This document shows, one piece after another, positions 12,190-24,345 of a stretch of 64,000 nucleotides of DNA. The notes beneath the pieces were generated by a model. The model was given only the letters and a program-made list of their open reading frames with translations. It ran no database searches and was not told the DNA's origin. The stretch comes from Malacoraja senta (Eukaryota), in assembly GCA_038087875.1 (NCBI GenBank), contig CM075993.1, positions 5,644,001 to 5,708,000 on the forward strand, in the 5' to 3' direction. How positions within the stretch are numbered: position 1 is the first letter of the stretch; every line of letters starts with the position of its first letter. The position numbers and the translations under genes were made by a program.

Positions 12190-12568
12190 TGTGCGGGAAG
12201 GAACTGCAGACACAAAATGCCGGAGTCACTCAGCGGGACAGGCAGCATCTCTGGAGAGGAGGAATGGGTGACGCCTCAGGCGTCGAGATCCCTCTTGAGA
12301 CTGAGAGTCAGGGACGAGGGTGACACAGAGATAAGGAAGGGGAAGGTGTGAAGATGAGACATCAAAGGAGATGGAGATCAAGGAAATGTAGAATAGATCA
12401 ATGTTAGCTCGTGGCAGCGAATCGTACAGAGATAAAACTTAATCAGGGGGGGACAGTCAGACTGGCCAGAGAACGAGGAAGGGGGAGGGATGGAGAGAGG
12501 ACAAGCAAGGGTTACTTGAAGTCAGAGAAGTCAATATTCATACCGCTGTTGTGTAAGCTGCCCAGATC
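12190..12568 (-). mobile_element. Penelope-like element 3' part (ORF end plus terminal repeat)
   Basis: Minus strand reads LGSLHNSGMNIDFSDFK*, a GIY-YIG C-terminus, followed by a degenerate copy of the second terminal-repeat family. Confidence 0.75.
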
Positions 12569-13804
12569 TGACTTGGTGGAAGCAAAGACCGCATAACAAA
12601 CCTGACCTCCTTGCTGTGACTGGGGGCTGTGAGCATCATTGAGATGTTGCATTGCGAAAGGGAACGCACGGCTCTATGCTTGTCTCAGCTGTGGGACATC
12701 TAACCCATTTAGTTTAGTTTAGTTTATTGTCACGTGTACCGAGGTACAGTGAAAAGCTCTTTGTTGTGTGCTAACCAGTCAGCGGAAACCAGTCTGAAGA
12801 AGGGTCTCGACCCGAAACATCACCCATACCTTCTCTCCAGAGATACTGCCTGCCCCGCCGAGTTACTGCAGCTTTTTGTATCTATCTTCAGCGGAAAGAC
12901 AATACATGATTACAATCGAGCCGTCCACAGTGTACAGATACATGATAAGGGAATAACGTTTAGTGCAAGATAAAGCCAGTAAAGTCCAACCAAAGATAGT
13001 CCGAGGGTCACCAATAATTAGTTGATTAGTACGAGTGTCAGGGGTTATGGGGGGGAAGGCAGGAGAATGGGGTTTGGAGGGAGAGATAGATCAGCCGCGA
13101 TTGAATGGCGGAATAGACTTGATGGGATGAATGGCCTAATTCTGTTCCTACCACTTATGACCTTAATCTGTCCGTAGCAGGCAGCACCTACACACCAACT
13201 CAAGGACATCTCAAAGCCTCTTAGATGCCGCTATTGTATCTGCCTTGTTCCATTCTTACATTCCCTCAGCTGAGCAGAGGAGCAGAGGCTCCAGACAGTG
13301 TGAGCTTAGGCCCACTGGCTGCTGAGGCTGACAGTGTGGCCCGTAAACAGGCAGCCGAATGGACCCCTCCACATGGTGTCAGGGTGACAATATGGGCATC
13401 GGCAGAGGCACAATGGGCACTGGCCACCGCATGTTCAATCCATGGGCTGGGGGTGAGAGATTGCAACCTTCACATGGTCCACCGTGTGTCAACGGCATCT
13501 GCAGTTCCTTCCAACACAAGTCTTTGATTACATTGGCTGCGTTTCCCAGGCAGTGTAAATCCTGAGTCTGGTGGTGCGCCCTTTCATGCTTCTGTACGTT
13601 CTACCACAAGGGAGCAGGGAGAGGAAGGAATGACCGGGGTGGGACATGTCCTTTGATTATGTTGGCTGCTTTTCCGAGGCAGCGTGATGTGTGGATGGAG
13701 TCGAGGGTGGGAAGTCAGGGACGAATGGCCTACTCTTATTGTGTGACCCTTGCCGGTAACGCAGTGGCTGACGGTTGCTTGTCTTTGATTTTCCCCAAAC
13801 GCAG

Positions 13805-13907
13805 GCGTTCGTTCCCTGGGATGTGGACCTGACCTCCTTTGACCTTGACCAGCAGCTGAGGCACTTTGTGACCAGGCATTCGGCTCAGTTCTCCAGCGAG
13901 GTTCGAG
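13805..13907 (+). CDS. MAP1A: MAP1A-like coding exon (equivalent to exon 2), with an apparent 1-bp insertion
   Basis: Acceptor ttttccccaaacgcag and donor GAG|gtaagt. Reads (G)VRS then, after a +1 shift, WDVDLTSFDLDQQLRHFVTRHSAQFSSEVR(G). This resembles the MAP1A/1B/1S N-terminus; DLTSFDL-QQLR and FSSEV are closest to MAP1A as recalled. Length is 103 bp versus 102 bp recalled for the MAP1B equivalent. Confidence 0.9.
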
Positions 13908-14411
13908 GTAAGTCCAGCGTCCAGAGACTGCGGTCTCAGAAGGTCCCGATATCTCCCCCAACTTCCTTGTATCCATCGTGGAGCATTATTTGACGACCAC
14001 TCCTGCTGTTAACCCCACACCTACACACACCTGAGTCTGAACTGCTGCTTTTTACAGAACCATATCTGCGTTAGATACAAAAACCTTGCCTTGCATATTA
14101 AGCCGTGCACTCCTGGAATCTCAAACTGTTTATTGTTTAAAGAATCACTTTAAATATATTTGAAATAAAGATATCACTAACTTGCCTGTAAAAACAGAAG
14201 ACGTTGGAAATGCTCATCAGACCAGGTATTGACATGAAATGTTGCAAACTAGGAACTGCAGATGCTGGTTCATTAAGAAGGCCCAGAGTGCTGGAGTAAC
14301 TCAGTGGGTCAGGCAGCTTCTCAGGAGAACATGGATAGGTGATGCTTCCGGTCGAGACCCTTCTACAGACGGAAGAAGGAACCCCCACCCGAAATGTCGC
14401 CTCTCCATGTT

Positions 14412-14710
14412 ATAGACAATAGACAATAGACAATAGGTGCAGGAGTAGGCCATTCGGCCCTTCGAGCCAGCACCGCCATTCAATGTGATCATGGCTGATC
14501 ATCCCCAATTAGTACCCCGTTCCTGCCTTCTCCCCATATCCCCGGACTCTGCTATTCTTAAGAGCCCATCTAGCTCTCTCTTGAAAGCATCCAGAGAACC
14601 TGCCTCCACCGCCCTCTGAGGCAGAGAATTCCACAGACTCAGCACTCTCTGTGAGAAAAAGTGTTTCCTCGTCTCCCATTCTAAATGGCTTGCTCCTTAT
14701 TCTTAAACTG
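14412..14710 (-). mobile_element. CR1 3' fragment with (CTATTGT)n tail
   Basis: (agacaat)n tail and CR1 C-terminal coding sequence. Confidence 0.85.
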
Positions 14711-14862
14711 TTCTCCTGGGATGCTGCCTGACCTGCTGAGTTACTCCAGCACTGCCCCTGAAATATGAACTGTTTCTCTCTCCTCGGATGCTGCCCGACC
14801 CTGTTGAGTGTTTCCAGAATTTTATTATAATAAGCCTCTGCAATTTTTGCTTTCTGATAATG

Positions 14863-15023
14863 AGTCAAGAGTCAAAAGAGTGTTTTATTGTCATGTGTCC
14901 CAGATAGAACAATGAAATTCTTACTTGCTGCCGCACAACAGAATATGGAAACATAATAAATAATATGATAAACGAAAGAGAGAAAAAAAAAGTTCTGTGT
15001 GTGTATACACATACTCACTTATG

Positions 15024-15120
<97 letters not shown>

Positions 15121-15482
15121 CATATATAAATGAATGAATGAATACATTTATTGGCCAAGTATTCACATACAAGGAATTTGCCTTGTTGCTCCGCCCACAA
15201 GTGACAACAACATACAGTGACAACGACATACAGTATATACACTTGCATACATACTCAAAAAACAATAACAGTGCAATAATCATAATAATAATAATAATAA
15301 TAATAATAAGAGTCTGTTGTAGTTCAGAGCTCATGAGGTTGTAGTGTTTAATAGCCTGATGGCTGTAGGGAAGAAACTGTTCCTGAACCTGGACGTTACG
15401 GTTTTCAGGCTCCTGTACCTTCTTCCCGATGGCTGTGGTGAGATGAGAGTGTGGCCAGGATGGTGTGGGTCTTGGATAATGC
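14863..15482 (-). mobile_element. Rex1/Babar-like 3' fragment with nested insert and microsatellites
   Basis: Translates as IIQDPHHPGHTLISPQPSGRRYRSLKTVTSRFRNSFFPTAIRLLN. Confidence 0.8.
15027..15111. repeat. (CA)n microsatellite
   Basis: Perfect AC run. Confidence 0.98.
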
Positions 15483-16176
15483 CGGGTGCTTGTTTCAAGA
15501 TGTGGGATGGATTATGATGTGTTACGACAACAATAAGAGATGTCCCCTCCTCCTGATGCTTAATGTGTGACAATTAATCCCTTTGTGTTTGAACCAACCC
15601 CTGTTAATTAACGCATCATTTACGGGCTGTGGGGGTCGATGGTGGTGCCAGCATTTATTGCATTTCCCCAATTGGTCCTGAGAAGATTGCCCCATGAGCT
15701 ACCTCCTTGAAGTCATTGTGACATGTAGAAAACACCTATTTTCTATATGTGTAGGAAGGAACTGCAGATGCCGGTTTACACCAAAGAGAGACACAAAAAG
15801 CTGGAGTAACTCAGCGGGACAGGCAGCTTCTCCGGAGGGAAGGAATGTGTGACGTTTCGGGTGGAGAAGCCTGAAGAAGGGTCTCAACCCGAAACGTCAC
15901 CAATTCATTCTCTCCGGAGATGCTGCCTGTCCCGCTGAGTTACTCCAGCTTTTAGTCTCTTTCTCCTATTTTCTACATCAATGGTTCAAGAGGGAATGCA
16001 TTTACTTTGAAGAACTGTTTGTGCTTAGGAGGCAATTGATCTGGGTATTGATCGTGGAGCAACCAGTCTGCACACATTCGGCCAAATCGACCAGACTGTT
16101 TGCGCACTGTCAGTGTCTCGAGGGTTCAGTTCTGCTCGGCTGGTACGAAGTGGCTGGATTGCAGGTGCTGTGGATC

Positions 16177-16696
16177 GAGGGTCGCCAACGTTCCCACTCC
16201 CAAATAGGGACAAACGGTCAAAATACGGGACAAATTCCCGACGGCAATTTGTTGACCAACTCGGCCGTGGCTGGGTGTGTGAATGATGAGTTGGCCCCGG
16301 GTGCTGGACTGCACACAAAGCCCAGCCGGCCGGCCAGCTGAGGAGTTTTGGCCCGGCACCCCATCCAACTCATGAACCGATGATCGGCCGTGAGAAGGAG
16401 GGGTGGTGGTGGTGTGGGCGGTAAGCGAAGGTCCGAAGGTCGGACAGCTGGCCGGGCTGCCGACCGACCGACGGGGCCACGGGCGAGGCGCTGCTGCTGC
16501 TGCTGCTGCTGCACTCCATGGGCTGCACTACGTCGGGACGGGTGAGGCAGGGCAGGACGCGGCGCTCCGACCCGACAGCCCCCTCGACCCGAGTAGTAGC
16601 AGTCAAATACGGGACAAGGGCGGTCCCGTACGGGACAAACCAATTTAGCCCAATATACGGGATGTCCCGGCTAATACGGAACAGTTGGCAACCCTC
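16177..16696. mobile_element. hAT (Blackjack-like) MITE, copy 1
   Basis: TIRs gagggtcgccaac / gttggcaaccctc, subterminal GGGAC motifs, and 8-bp flanks tgtggatc / tgtggaac (7 of 8 identical). Confidence 0.8.
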
Positions 16697-16887
16697 TGTG
16701 GAACTGTCAAGGTTTGCCGTGTAGCTATCTGGTATGGTTGAGCGACGTCTGGGATCAGTAACCTGTAGAGGTTGTGCGTAGGGAAACCAAATGGCATGGT
16801 ACCGCCCTCGTGTAGAGAAAGAATGATTCAATGGTTCCATGGGGCATATATTCTCACTTGCACAAAGTGCAAACACACAATGGCATT

Positions 16888-17191
16888 CTTTTAGTTTTAG
16901 ATTTTTAGTTTTAGAGACACAGCACGGAAACAGGCTCTTCTGCCCCCCCGAGTCTGCACCGATCAGCGATCCGCGCACATACACACACCAGGAACTATTT
17001 TACATTGACACCAAGCCAATTAACCTACAAACCTGTAAGTCTTTGAAGTGTGGGAGGATCTCGGAGAAAACCCACAGAGGTCACGGGAAGAGCGTACAAA
17101 CTCCATACGGACAAGCACCCGTGGTCAGGATCGAACCCGGGTCTCTGGTGCTGTGAGGCTGTAGCTCTACCGCTGCGCCACCGTGCTGCCC
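16888..17191 (-). mobile_element. HE1-type V-SINE
   Basis: Head, V-domain and tail present. Confidence 0.85.
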
Positions 17192-17215
17192 ACATGGTGG
17201 GAGTGTTGAGTCTTA

Positions 17216-17524
17216 AAGCCCTGTCCCACAGTACGAGTTCATTCCAAGAGCTCTCCCGAGTTTGCCCCGATTCGAACTCGGAGATTTACAGTAATGGCCA
17301 CTCGTCGGTACTCGGGGCTCTCGTGGACATTTTTCAACATGTTGAAAAATCTTCACGAGTCTTCCCGTGCTTACCTGCCATTAGCGAGTCTTCCCGAGTA
17401 CCTGCCATTAGCGTTACGAGCCGCTAAGAGACATCCTCGAGCTCCGACGTACCCGCTACGTTCATTCTCCGTGCTTACCACGAGTTTGATTTGTTTTAAA
17501 CTCGGGAGAGCTCTTGGAATGAAT
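17216..17524. mobile_element. Harbinger-like MITE (subfamily A), right TIR truncated
   Basis: Starts tta-aagccctgtcccac and is near-identical to 18528-18858. Confidence 0.75.
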
Positions 17525-17699
17525 GGCTATTACAAACAGTCCAGTAGGGTATTGCCAGATACATCCCCGATCAGAAATAGTTTACTGATCCCACGTGTCC
17601 AAAAGGCACCATTTTCAAAGTCCAGTCCATGCCCTCGGTGTTATGAGCGGTGCCCATTCCAGGGGACCCCCAGGTTGCTGCAGGGCCTCCAGCCATAAG

Positions 17700-18275
17700 C
17701 CACAAAATCATGAGAGGAATAGATCGGGTAGATGCACAGAATCTCTTGCCCAGAGTAGGTGAATCAAGGACCAGAGGACAGAGGTTTAAGGTGAAGGAGA
17801 AAAGATTTAATAGGAATCTGAGGGGTAACTTTTTCACACAAAGGGTGGTGGGTGTATGGAACAAGCTGCCAGAGGGGGGTAGTTGAGGCTGGGGCTATCC
17901 CAACATTTAAGAAACAGTTAGACAGGTACATGGATAGATTGGTAGACAAAAATGCCGGAGAAACTCAGCGGGTGCAGCAGCATCTATGGAGCGAAGGAAA
18001 TAGGCACCGTTTCGGGCCGAAACCCTTCTTCAGACGAGTTTCTCCAGCATTTTTGTCATAGATGCTGCCACACCCGCTGAGTTTCTCCAGCATTTTTGTC
18101 TACCTTCGATTTTCCAGCATCTGCAGTTCCTTCTTGAACATGGATAGATAGGACATGTTTGGAGGGATATGGACCAAACGTGGGCAGGTGGGACTAGTGT
18201 AGTTGGGACATGTTGGTCGGTGTGGGCAAGTTGGGCTGAAGGGCCTGTTTCCACACTGTATCACGGTATGACTCT
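17700..18275 (+). mobile_element. CR1 3' fragment containing a Penelope-derived palindrome
   Basis: Translates as KIMRGIDRVDAQNLLPRVGESRTRG. Direct repeat acatggatagat at 17928-17939 and 18138-18149. Confidence 0.8.
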
Positions 18276-18527
18276 AAGCCTCATCACTGCAGACAGAGAT
18301 CGCATGAGGGAGGGCTTATAAATCACTTTGAACAGAATAAGAAAAGTTGCCAGTTGCTTGACAGCAGAAATTCTTCAGACTAAACGATCTGAGGGAATTG
18401 TGTGGTATTGATCTGTGCCGTGGTAACTTTCTAAGGAGCTGATGGGAGATTGTGGGTGAACTGCAAGCCCGATGCTGTACTTTAACTAACAACGGCACGG
18501 TGGTGCAGCGGTCGAGTTGCTGCCTAA

Positions 18528-18858
18528 AAGCCCTGTCCCACGGTACGAGTTCATTCCAAGAGCTCTCCCGAGTTTGCCCTGATTCGATCTCGGAGATTTA
18601 CGGTAATGGCCGCTCGTCGGTACTCGGGGCTCTCGTGGACATTTTTCAACGTGTTGAAAAATCTTCACGAGTCTTCCCGTGCTTACCTGCCGTTAGCGAG
18701 TCTTCCCGAGTACCTGCCGTTAGCGTTACGAGCCGCTAAGAGACGTCCCCGAGCTCCGACGTACCCGCTACGTTCATTCTCCGTGCTTACCACCAGTTTG
18801 ATTTTTTTTTAAACTCGGGAGAGCTCTTGGAATGAACTCGTACAGTGGGACAGGGCCA
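18528..18858. mobile_element. Harbinger-like MITE (subfamily A) inside a SINE head (SINE at about 18493-19200)
   Basis: TIRs aagccctgtcccac / gtgggacagggcca with taa and tta flanks; the SINE continues as cagc.ccagagac. Confidence 0.8.
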
Positions 18859-19529
18859 TTACAGCTCCAGAGACGCGGGTTCGATCCTGACTACGGTTGC
18901 TGTCTGTACGGAGTTTGTACTGTATGTTCTCCCCATGACCCGCGTGGGTTTTCCCCGGGTGCTCCGGTTTCCTCCCACACTCCAAAAGACGTACAGCTTT
19001 GTACTGTAGGTTAATTGGCTTCTGTCACAAGAAGCGCAAGACGGACGCCATTGTACGCAGATGCGGAGAAGTGTGTTCAGCTCTGGCTGGACAACTTCTA
19101 ATCTTGTGTGTGGACTCGATAAGAAGATTGTCCCTAGTGTGAAGGATAGTGTTAGTTTACGGGTGATCGCTGGTCATCACAGGCCAACTAAACTAAACTA
19201 AATTATAACATTATAACGTTAAAGATATAACATTGAAACACAAAAGACTGGAGATGCAGGAATCTTGAGCAAACAAACAAAGTGTTGGAGGAACTCAGCA
19301 GGTCAGGCAGCATGTATGGAGGAAAATGGACAAAATGGACCTTTCAGATCAGGACCCTTTGCTAAATATGTCTTGGAAGGAACTACCCATGCTGGTTTGA
19401 ACAGAAGGCAGACACAAAATGTGGAGTAACTCAGCGGGACAGGCAGCAACTCTGGAGAGAAGGAATGGGAAGTCTGAAGAAACGTCACCCATACCTTCTG
19501 TCCAGAGATGCTGCCTGTCCGACGCGTTA

Positions 19530-19736
19530 AGGGCCTGCCCCACTTGGGCGTCATTTGCGCGGCGCGCGAAAATTTTGTACATCCCAAAATCCTGGGGCGC
19601 CGCGCGCAACCGCGCATCACTGCCTACGTCACCACGCACCATGCGCGCGTAATGCACACCTATAACACATTATAATCCACCCCACATCGTGACGTGTAAA
19701 TGATGTAGCGTAAATTACGCGCAAAATGGCTCCCAA
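19530..19736. mobile_element. Harbinger-like MITE (subfamily B, CpG-rich), truncated
   Basis: Starts tta-agggcctgccccacttggg; its interior is homologous in reverse to 37422-37607. Confidence 0.65.
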
Positions 19737-19757
19737 TTTGTGTCCACCTTTGTTGAA

Positions 19758-20265
19758 TATAGACAATAGACAATAGACAATAGGTGCAGGAGTAGGCCAT
19801 TTGGCCCTTCGAGCCAGCACCGCCATTCAATGTGATCATGGCTGATCATCCCCAATCAGTACCCCGTTCCTGCCTTCTCCCCATATCCCCTGACTCCGCT
19901 ATTTTTAAGAGCCCTATCTAGCTCTCTCTTGAAAGCATCCAGAGAACCTGCCTCCACCGCCCTCTGAGGCAGAGAATTCCACAGACTCACCACTCTCTGT
20001 GAGAAAAAGTGTTTCTTCGTCTCCGTTCTAAATGGCTTACTCCTTATTCTTAAACTGTGGCCCCTGGTTCTGGACTCCCCCAACATCGGGAACATGTTTC
20101 CTGCCTCAAGTGTGTCCAAGCCCTTAACAATCTTATATGTTTCAATGAGATCCCCTCTCATCCTTCTAAACTCCAGAGTGTACGAGCCCAGCTGCTCCAT
20201 TCTCTCAGCATATGACAGTCCCGCCATCCCGGGAATTAACCTTGTAAACCTACGCTGCACTCCCT
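19758..20265 (-). mobile_element. CR1 3' fragment
   Basis: 134-aa ORF QRRFTRLIPGMAGLSY...GYGEKAGTGY. Confidence 0.92.
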
Positions 20266-20800
20266 ATACTATTCATCATTTGCAAGCATCTACTGCTTCT
20301 GGTGGGCGAGACTTCCACCATCCTTTTGGATGGCAAAACAATTCCTACATTTTCGTATGAAAGTCCTCATTTTAGGTGATTATGGATGTAGGCACCAGAG
20401 GCACGGCGCTGAACTACCACAAAGATACAGGTTATGCAATGGAGGCACAAAGAGGTACACCTGGGTTAAGCGAGTGGACAATGAGCTGCCTGATGAAGTC
20501 TAATATTGGAAATGAGAAATTGTCCATTGTGGCAGGAACATTAAGAAAACCCTCTATTATCTAAATGGTGACAGATTGTCGAGCTCTGAGGTGCAGATGG
20601 GATCTATATGTTCTAGTGCAAGATGTGCAGGTACATGAAGTAATTGCGAAGCTAACAGAATGGGTTTTTTTTCATCGTGGCAGTGGGGAGGTATTATTTA
20701 GTTTAAGGTAGACACAAAATGTAACTCAGCGGGACAGGCAGCATCTATCGAGAGAAGGAATGGGTGACGTTTCCGGTCGAGACCCTTCTTCAGACTTTTA

Positions 20801-21469
20801 AGGGGCTGTCCCACTGCGGCGACCTAATTGGGGAGTTTATAAGAGTTTAGGAGAGATTGAAAAAGTGTCATGTTGAAGAGCTTCTTCGACCTCCTTCGAC
20901 TATGTTGAAGACTAGCTTCGGGAAAATTGGACACCGAATAGTGGAGAGTGAAGACGACCTCCTTCGATCTTCTTCAACCTTCCTTCGACTATGTTGAAGA
21001 CTATTTGTGTTTTTGGAAGGAATTCTGTCCCTGAATTGTGTATTGGCCTTTATAACGTATTTTTTTTAAATTCTGATTATTCTGATTATATGTTAACCAT
21101 AAATCTCTGTAAGGTGTCCTTGAGACCTCGGTATAAGGCGCCCATAAATAAAATTCATTATTATTATTATTATCTACGACTACCTTTGATTACCTTTGAC
21201 TAACCTCCAATAACATGCCGACCTACTTCGACTAAACCTACGAGTAAAAAAATTATAGATTTTTTTCCATGGCGACCTTTTTTTACTTGCGGGCATTTTC
21301 AGCATGTTGAAAAATACGCCGCGACCTAGCTGAGGCGTCGAGTACGCGGGGACTACTCTCGAGCATGAAGGAGAGTTACAAAGACCTCGTGTCGACCATG
21401 CTGCGAGTATGAGTCGAGGGCAAACTCTTCTAAACTCGCCAATTAGGTCGCGGCAGTGGGACAGCCCTT
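20801..21469. mobile_element. Harbinger-like MITE (subfamily C) with a nested LINE 3' end (about 21005-21173)
   Basis: TIRs aggggctgtcccac / gtgggacagccctt with tta and taa flanks. The insert ends aaataaaattc(att)n and is absent from the sister copy at 51028. Confidence 0.8.
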
Positions 21470-22192
21470 TAAGGTTGGATATAGTCATGTGTAACGAGGT
21501 ACAGTGAAAAGCTTTTAGTTGCATGTTAACCAGTCAGCGGAAAGACAATACATGATTACAATCGAGCTGTACAGGTACATGATAAAGGGAATAACTTCTA
21601 GGGCAAGATAAAGCCCAGTAAAGTCTGACTAAAGATAGTCCGAGGGTCTTCTATGAGGTCGATGGAAGCTCAGGACCGCTGTCAGTCATTGTATCAGTTA
21701 TGGTAGACAAAAATGCTGGAGAAACTCAGCGGGTGCAGCAGCATCTATGGAGCGAAGGAAATAGGCAACGTTTCGGGCCGAAAGCCTTCAGTTATTGTAT
21801 CAGTTATGTAGGGCACTGATGCAAATGTATGTTCATAAGTTCGAGGAGCAGAATTAGGCCATTCGGCCCATCTGGAATACTGCGCACAGTATGGTTTCCT
21901 GAGTCAAGGAAGGATGTAGGAGCATTGGAAACAGCTCGGAGAAGGTTTACTCGACTGGGAGTTGTCTTGTAGGAATACGTTGGAGAGACCAGGCATATCC
22001 ATGAGGGTTAAAAAGAATAAAAGGGACCTGATTGAAATATATATGATCCATTTGTTGCCCGCGATGCATATCACTCCATTCCCCGTATATCCTTGTGGCT
22101 ATCTAAAAGCCCCTTAACGACACTATCGTATCTGCCTCCACCGACACCCCCCAAATGCAGGCAGAGCATTCCAGGCCCCCACCACCCTCTGT

Positions 22193-22745
22193 GTAAGTAA
22201 GTAAGTTTATTGGCCAAGTATTCACATACAAGGAATTTGCCTTGGTGCTCCGCCCACAAGTAACAACATGACATACAGTGACAGTTACGAATGACTCAGA
22301 AAACACTAAACATTAATACTAATAAAACATTAATGATAAAACACCATTGATCAAGCATGTGAACCAACAAAATACCAGATCAAAGGGAGGCTACAGATTT
22401 TTGGCTGTTGAGTAGAGCAACTACTCGTGGATAAAAACTGTTTTTATGTCTGGCTGTGGCAGCTCTGACAGTCCGGAGGGAAGTGATTCAAAGAGTTTAT
22501 GGCCAGGGTGAGAGGGGTCAGAGATGATCTTGCCCCCTCGCTTCCTGGCCCTTGAAGTGTACAGTTCATCAATGGAGGGAAGGTTGCAGCCAATAACCTT
22601 CTCTGCTGATCGGACGATTCGCTGCAGCCTCCAGGTGTCGCGCTTGGTGGCTGAGCCAAACCAGACCATGATGGAGAAGGTGAGGACCGTGTAGAATTGG
22701 ACCATCATTGCCTGTGGCAGATTGTGTTTCCTCAAGGAAAACTTG
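22193..22745 (-). mobile_element. Rex1/Babar-like LINE fragment nested in a CR1 remnant
   Basis: Translates as VWFGSATKRDTWRLQRIVRSAEKVIGCNLPSIDELY..KIISDPSHPGHKLFESLPSG, with a (TACT)n tail. Confidence 0.85.
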
Positions 22746-23136
22746 TCCCACACATCTCCTTTACACATTGCCCCTCTTGCCTTGAAGCTGTGCCCTCTAG
22801 TCTTTGACACCTCCACCCTACCCTCTCTATGCTTCTCATATTTTTATATATTTGTAACAAGTTTCTCTCCCTCAGCCTCTGACGCTCCAGAGAAAACAAT
22901 TTATGTTTGTCCAACCTCTCCTTATAATGAATGCCCTATAATCCAGTCGCACTCTGGTAAACCTAGACAAGGACTGCAGATGCTGGAATCTTGCGTAGAA
23001 AACAAAATGTTGGAGTAACTCAGTGGGTCAGGCAGCATCTCTAGAGTACATGGGTAGGCAACGTTTTGGGTCGGGACCCTTCTTTAGATCTCTTCTGCAC
23101 CAGCTCCAAAGGGTACATTTTAGTGAGTTAGACCTG

Positions 23137-23449
23137 GTGGCACGATGGCACAGCGGTAGAGTTGCTGCCTTACAGTGCCAGAGACCCGGGATTGAACCTG
23201 ACTACGGGTGCAGTCTGTACAGAGTTTGTATGTTCTCCCCGTGACCGCGTGGGTTTTCCACCAGTTGCTGTGGTTTCTTTCCACACTTCAAAGATGTTCA
23301 GGTTTGTAGGTTAATTGGCTTTGGCAAAGATTGTAAATGGTTCCTAGTGTGTGTAGGATAGTGTTAGTGTGCGGGGATCGCTGGTCAACGTGGACCCGGT
23401 GGGCTGAAGGGCCTGTTTCCAGGCTGTATCTCTAAACTAAACTAAACTA
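23137..23449 (+). mobile_element. HE1-type V-SINE, full length
   Basis: tRNA-like head, V-domain and (AAACT)n tail. Confidence 0.88.
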
Positions 23450-23459
23450 GTCTTGGAGT

Positions 23460-23873
23460 TCTTAGGCCCCCTTCGGTCATGGCTGACCATGGGTGTCTCC
23501 AGGGTTGGAGGACGCCTGTGCGTGACTTTGTTTAACGTGGGGAGGCTGGTGCACAGACAGCCACCACACGGTCCTTGACAGATCTGGGTCAGGATCCAGT
23601 GGCATGGATTCCAAGATGACCGGAGACCCTTTTCTGCTGCAGCCTTCATCCGCCTTCCCAGCCGTTGTGACGCTCCACTAAAGTCAGCCATCATCCTCCG
23701 CCAGTTCCATCGTTGAGGTCTTGGTTGGATTGCTCTTTGTCAGAGACCTCCCCCTCGACCTTACCGCCATGGGTGGCCCCACCAGGAGCATAGCTCCAGA
23801 CGGCATCGCTCTCAGGATCTCAGGTCCACACGAGCTTCTCCACCACGACAAGGTGACAATCCACAGAGATATA
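23460..23873 (-). mobile_element. Non-autonomous RTE-clade derivative (5' UTR plus short 3' end)
   Basis: Minus strand begins GGATTGTCACCTTGTCGTGGTGGAG..., resembling BovB/Rex3 5' UTRs as recalled. No RT ORF. Flanking ttggagt at 23453-23459 and 23874-23880. Confidence 0.7.
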
Positions 23874-24065
23874 TTGGAGTAGGCAACTTGATAAAGGAGA
23901 ATGCAAATACTGCAAATCTTCCCAGTTTGGTTGTCAGGAATGAAAAGTGTTTGATTGCGGGGCAGATGTAGATGGTCCGATCAGTTGAGTCAACGCAATT
24001 AACGACAAAAGGGAATGCACAATAAAGGGAGGACACAGAACATTGTGGAGGAATAGAGGGAGACT

Positions 24066-24345
24066 GGTTTAGCTCATAGATACAGTGTGGAAACAGGCCC
24101 TTCGGCCCACTGAGTCCACACTGACCACTGATCCCCGTACACTAACACTATCCTACAGGGATTTACAATTTACCAAAGCCAATTCACCTACAAACCCGCA
24201 TGTCTTTGGAGTGTGGGAGGAAACAGGAGCACCCAGAGAAAACCCACGCGGTCACAGATAGAACGTACAGACTCCGTACAGACAGCACCCGTAGTTAGGA
24301 TCGAACCCGGGGTCTCTGGCGCTGTAAGGCAGCAATTCTACTGCT
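24066..24345 (-). mobile_element. HE1-type V-SINE
   Basis: Homologous to other copies. Confidence 0.85.

Noticed and set aside
23137..23210. tRNA genes
   Set aside because: The A/B-box sequences are SINE heads followed by V-domain and LINE-like tails, not stand-alone tRNAs.
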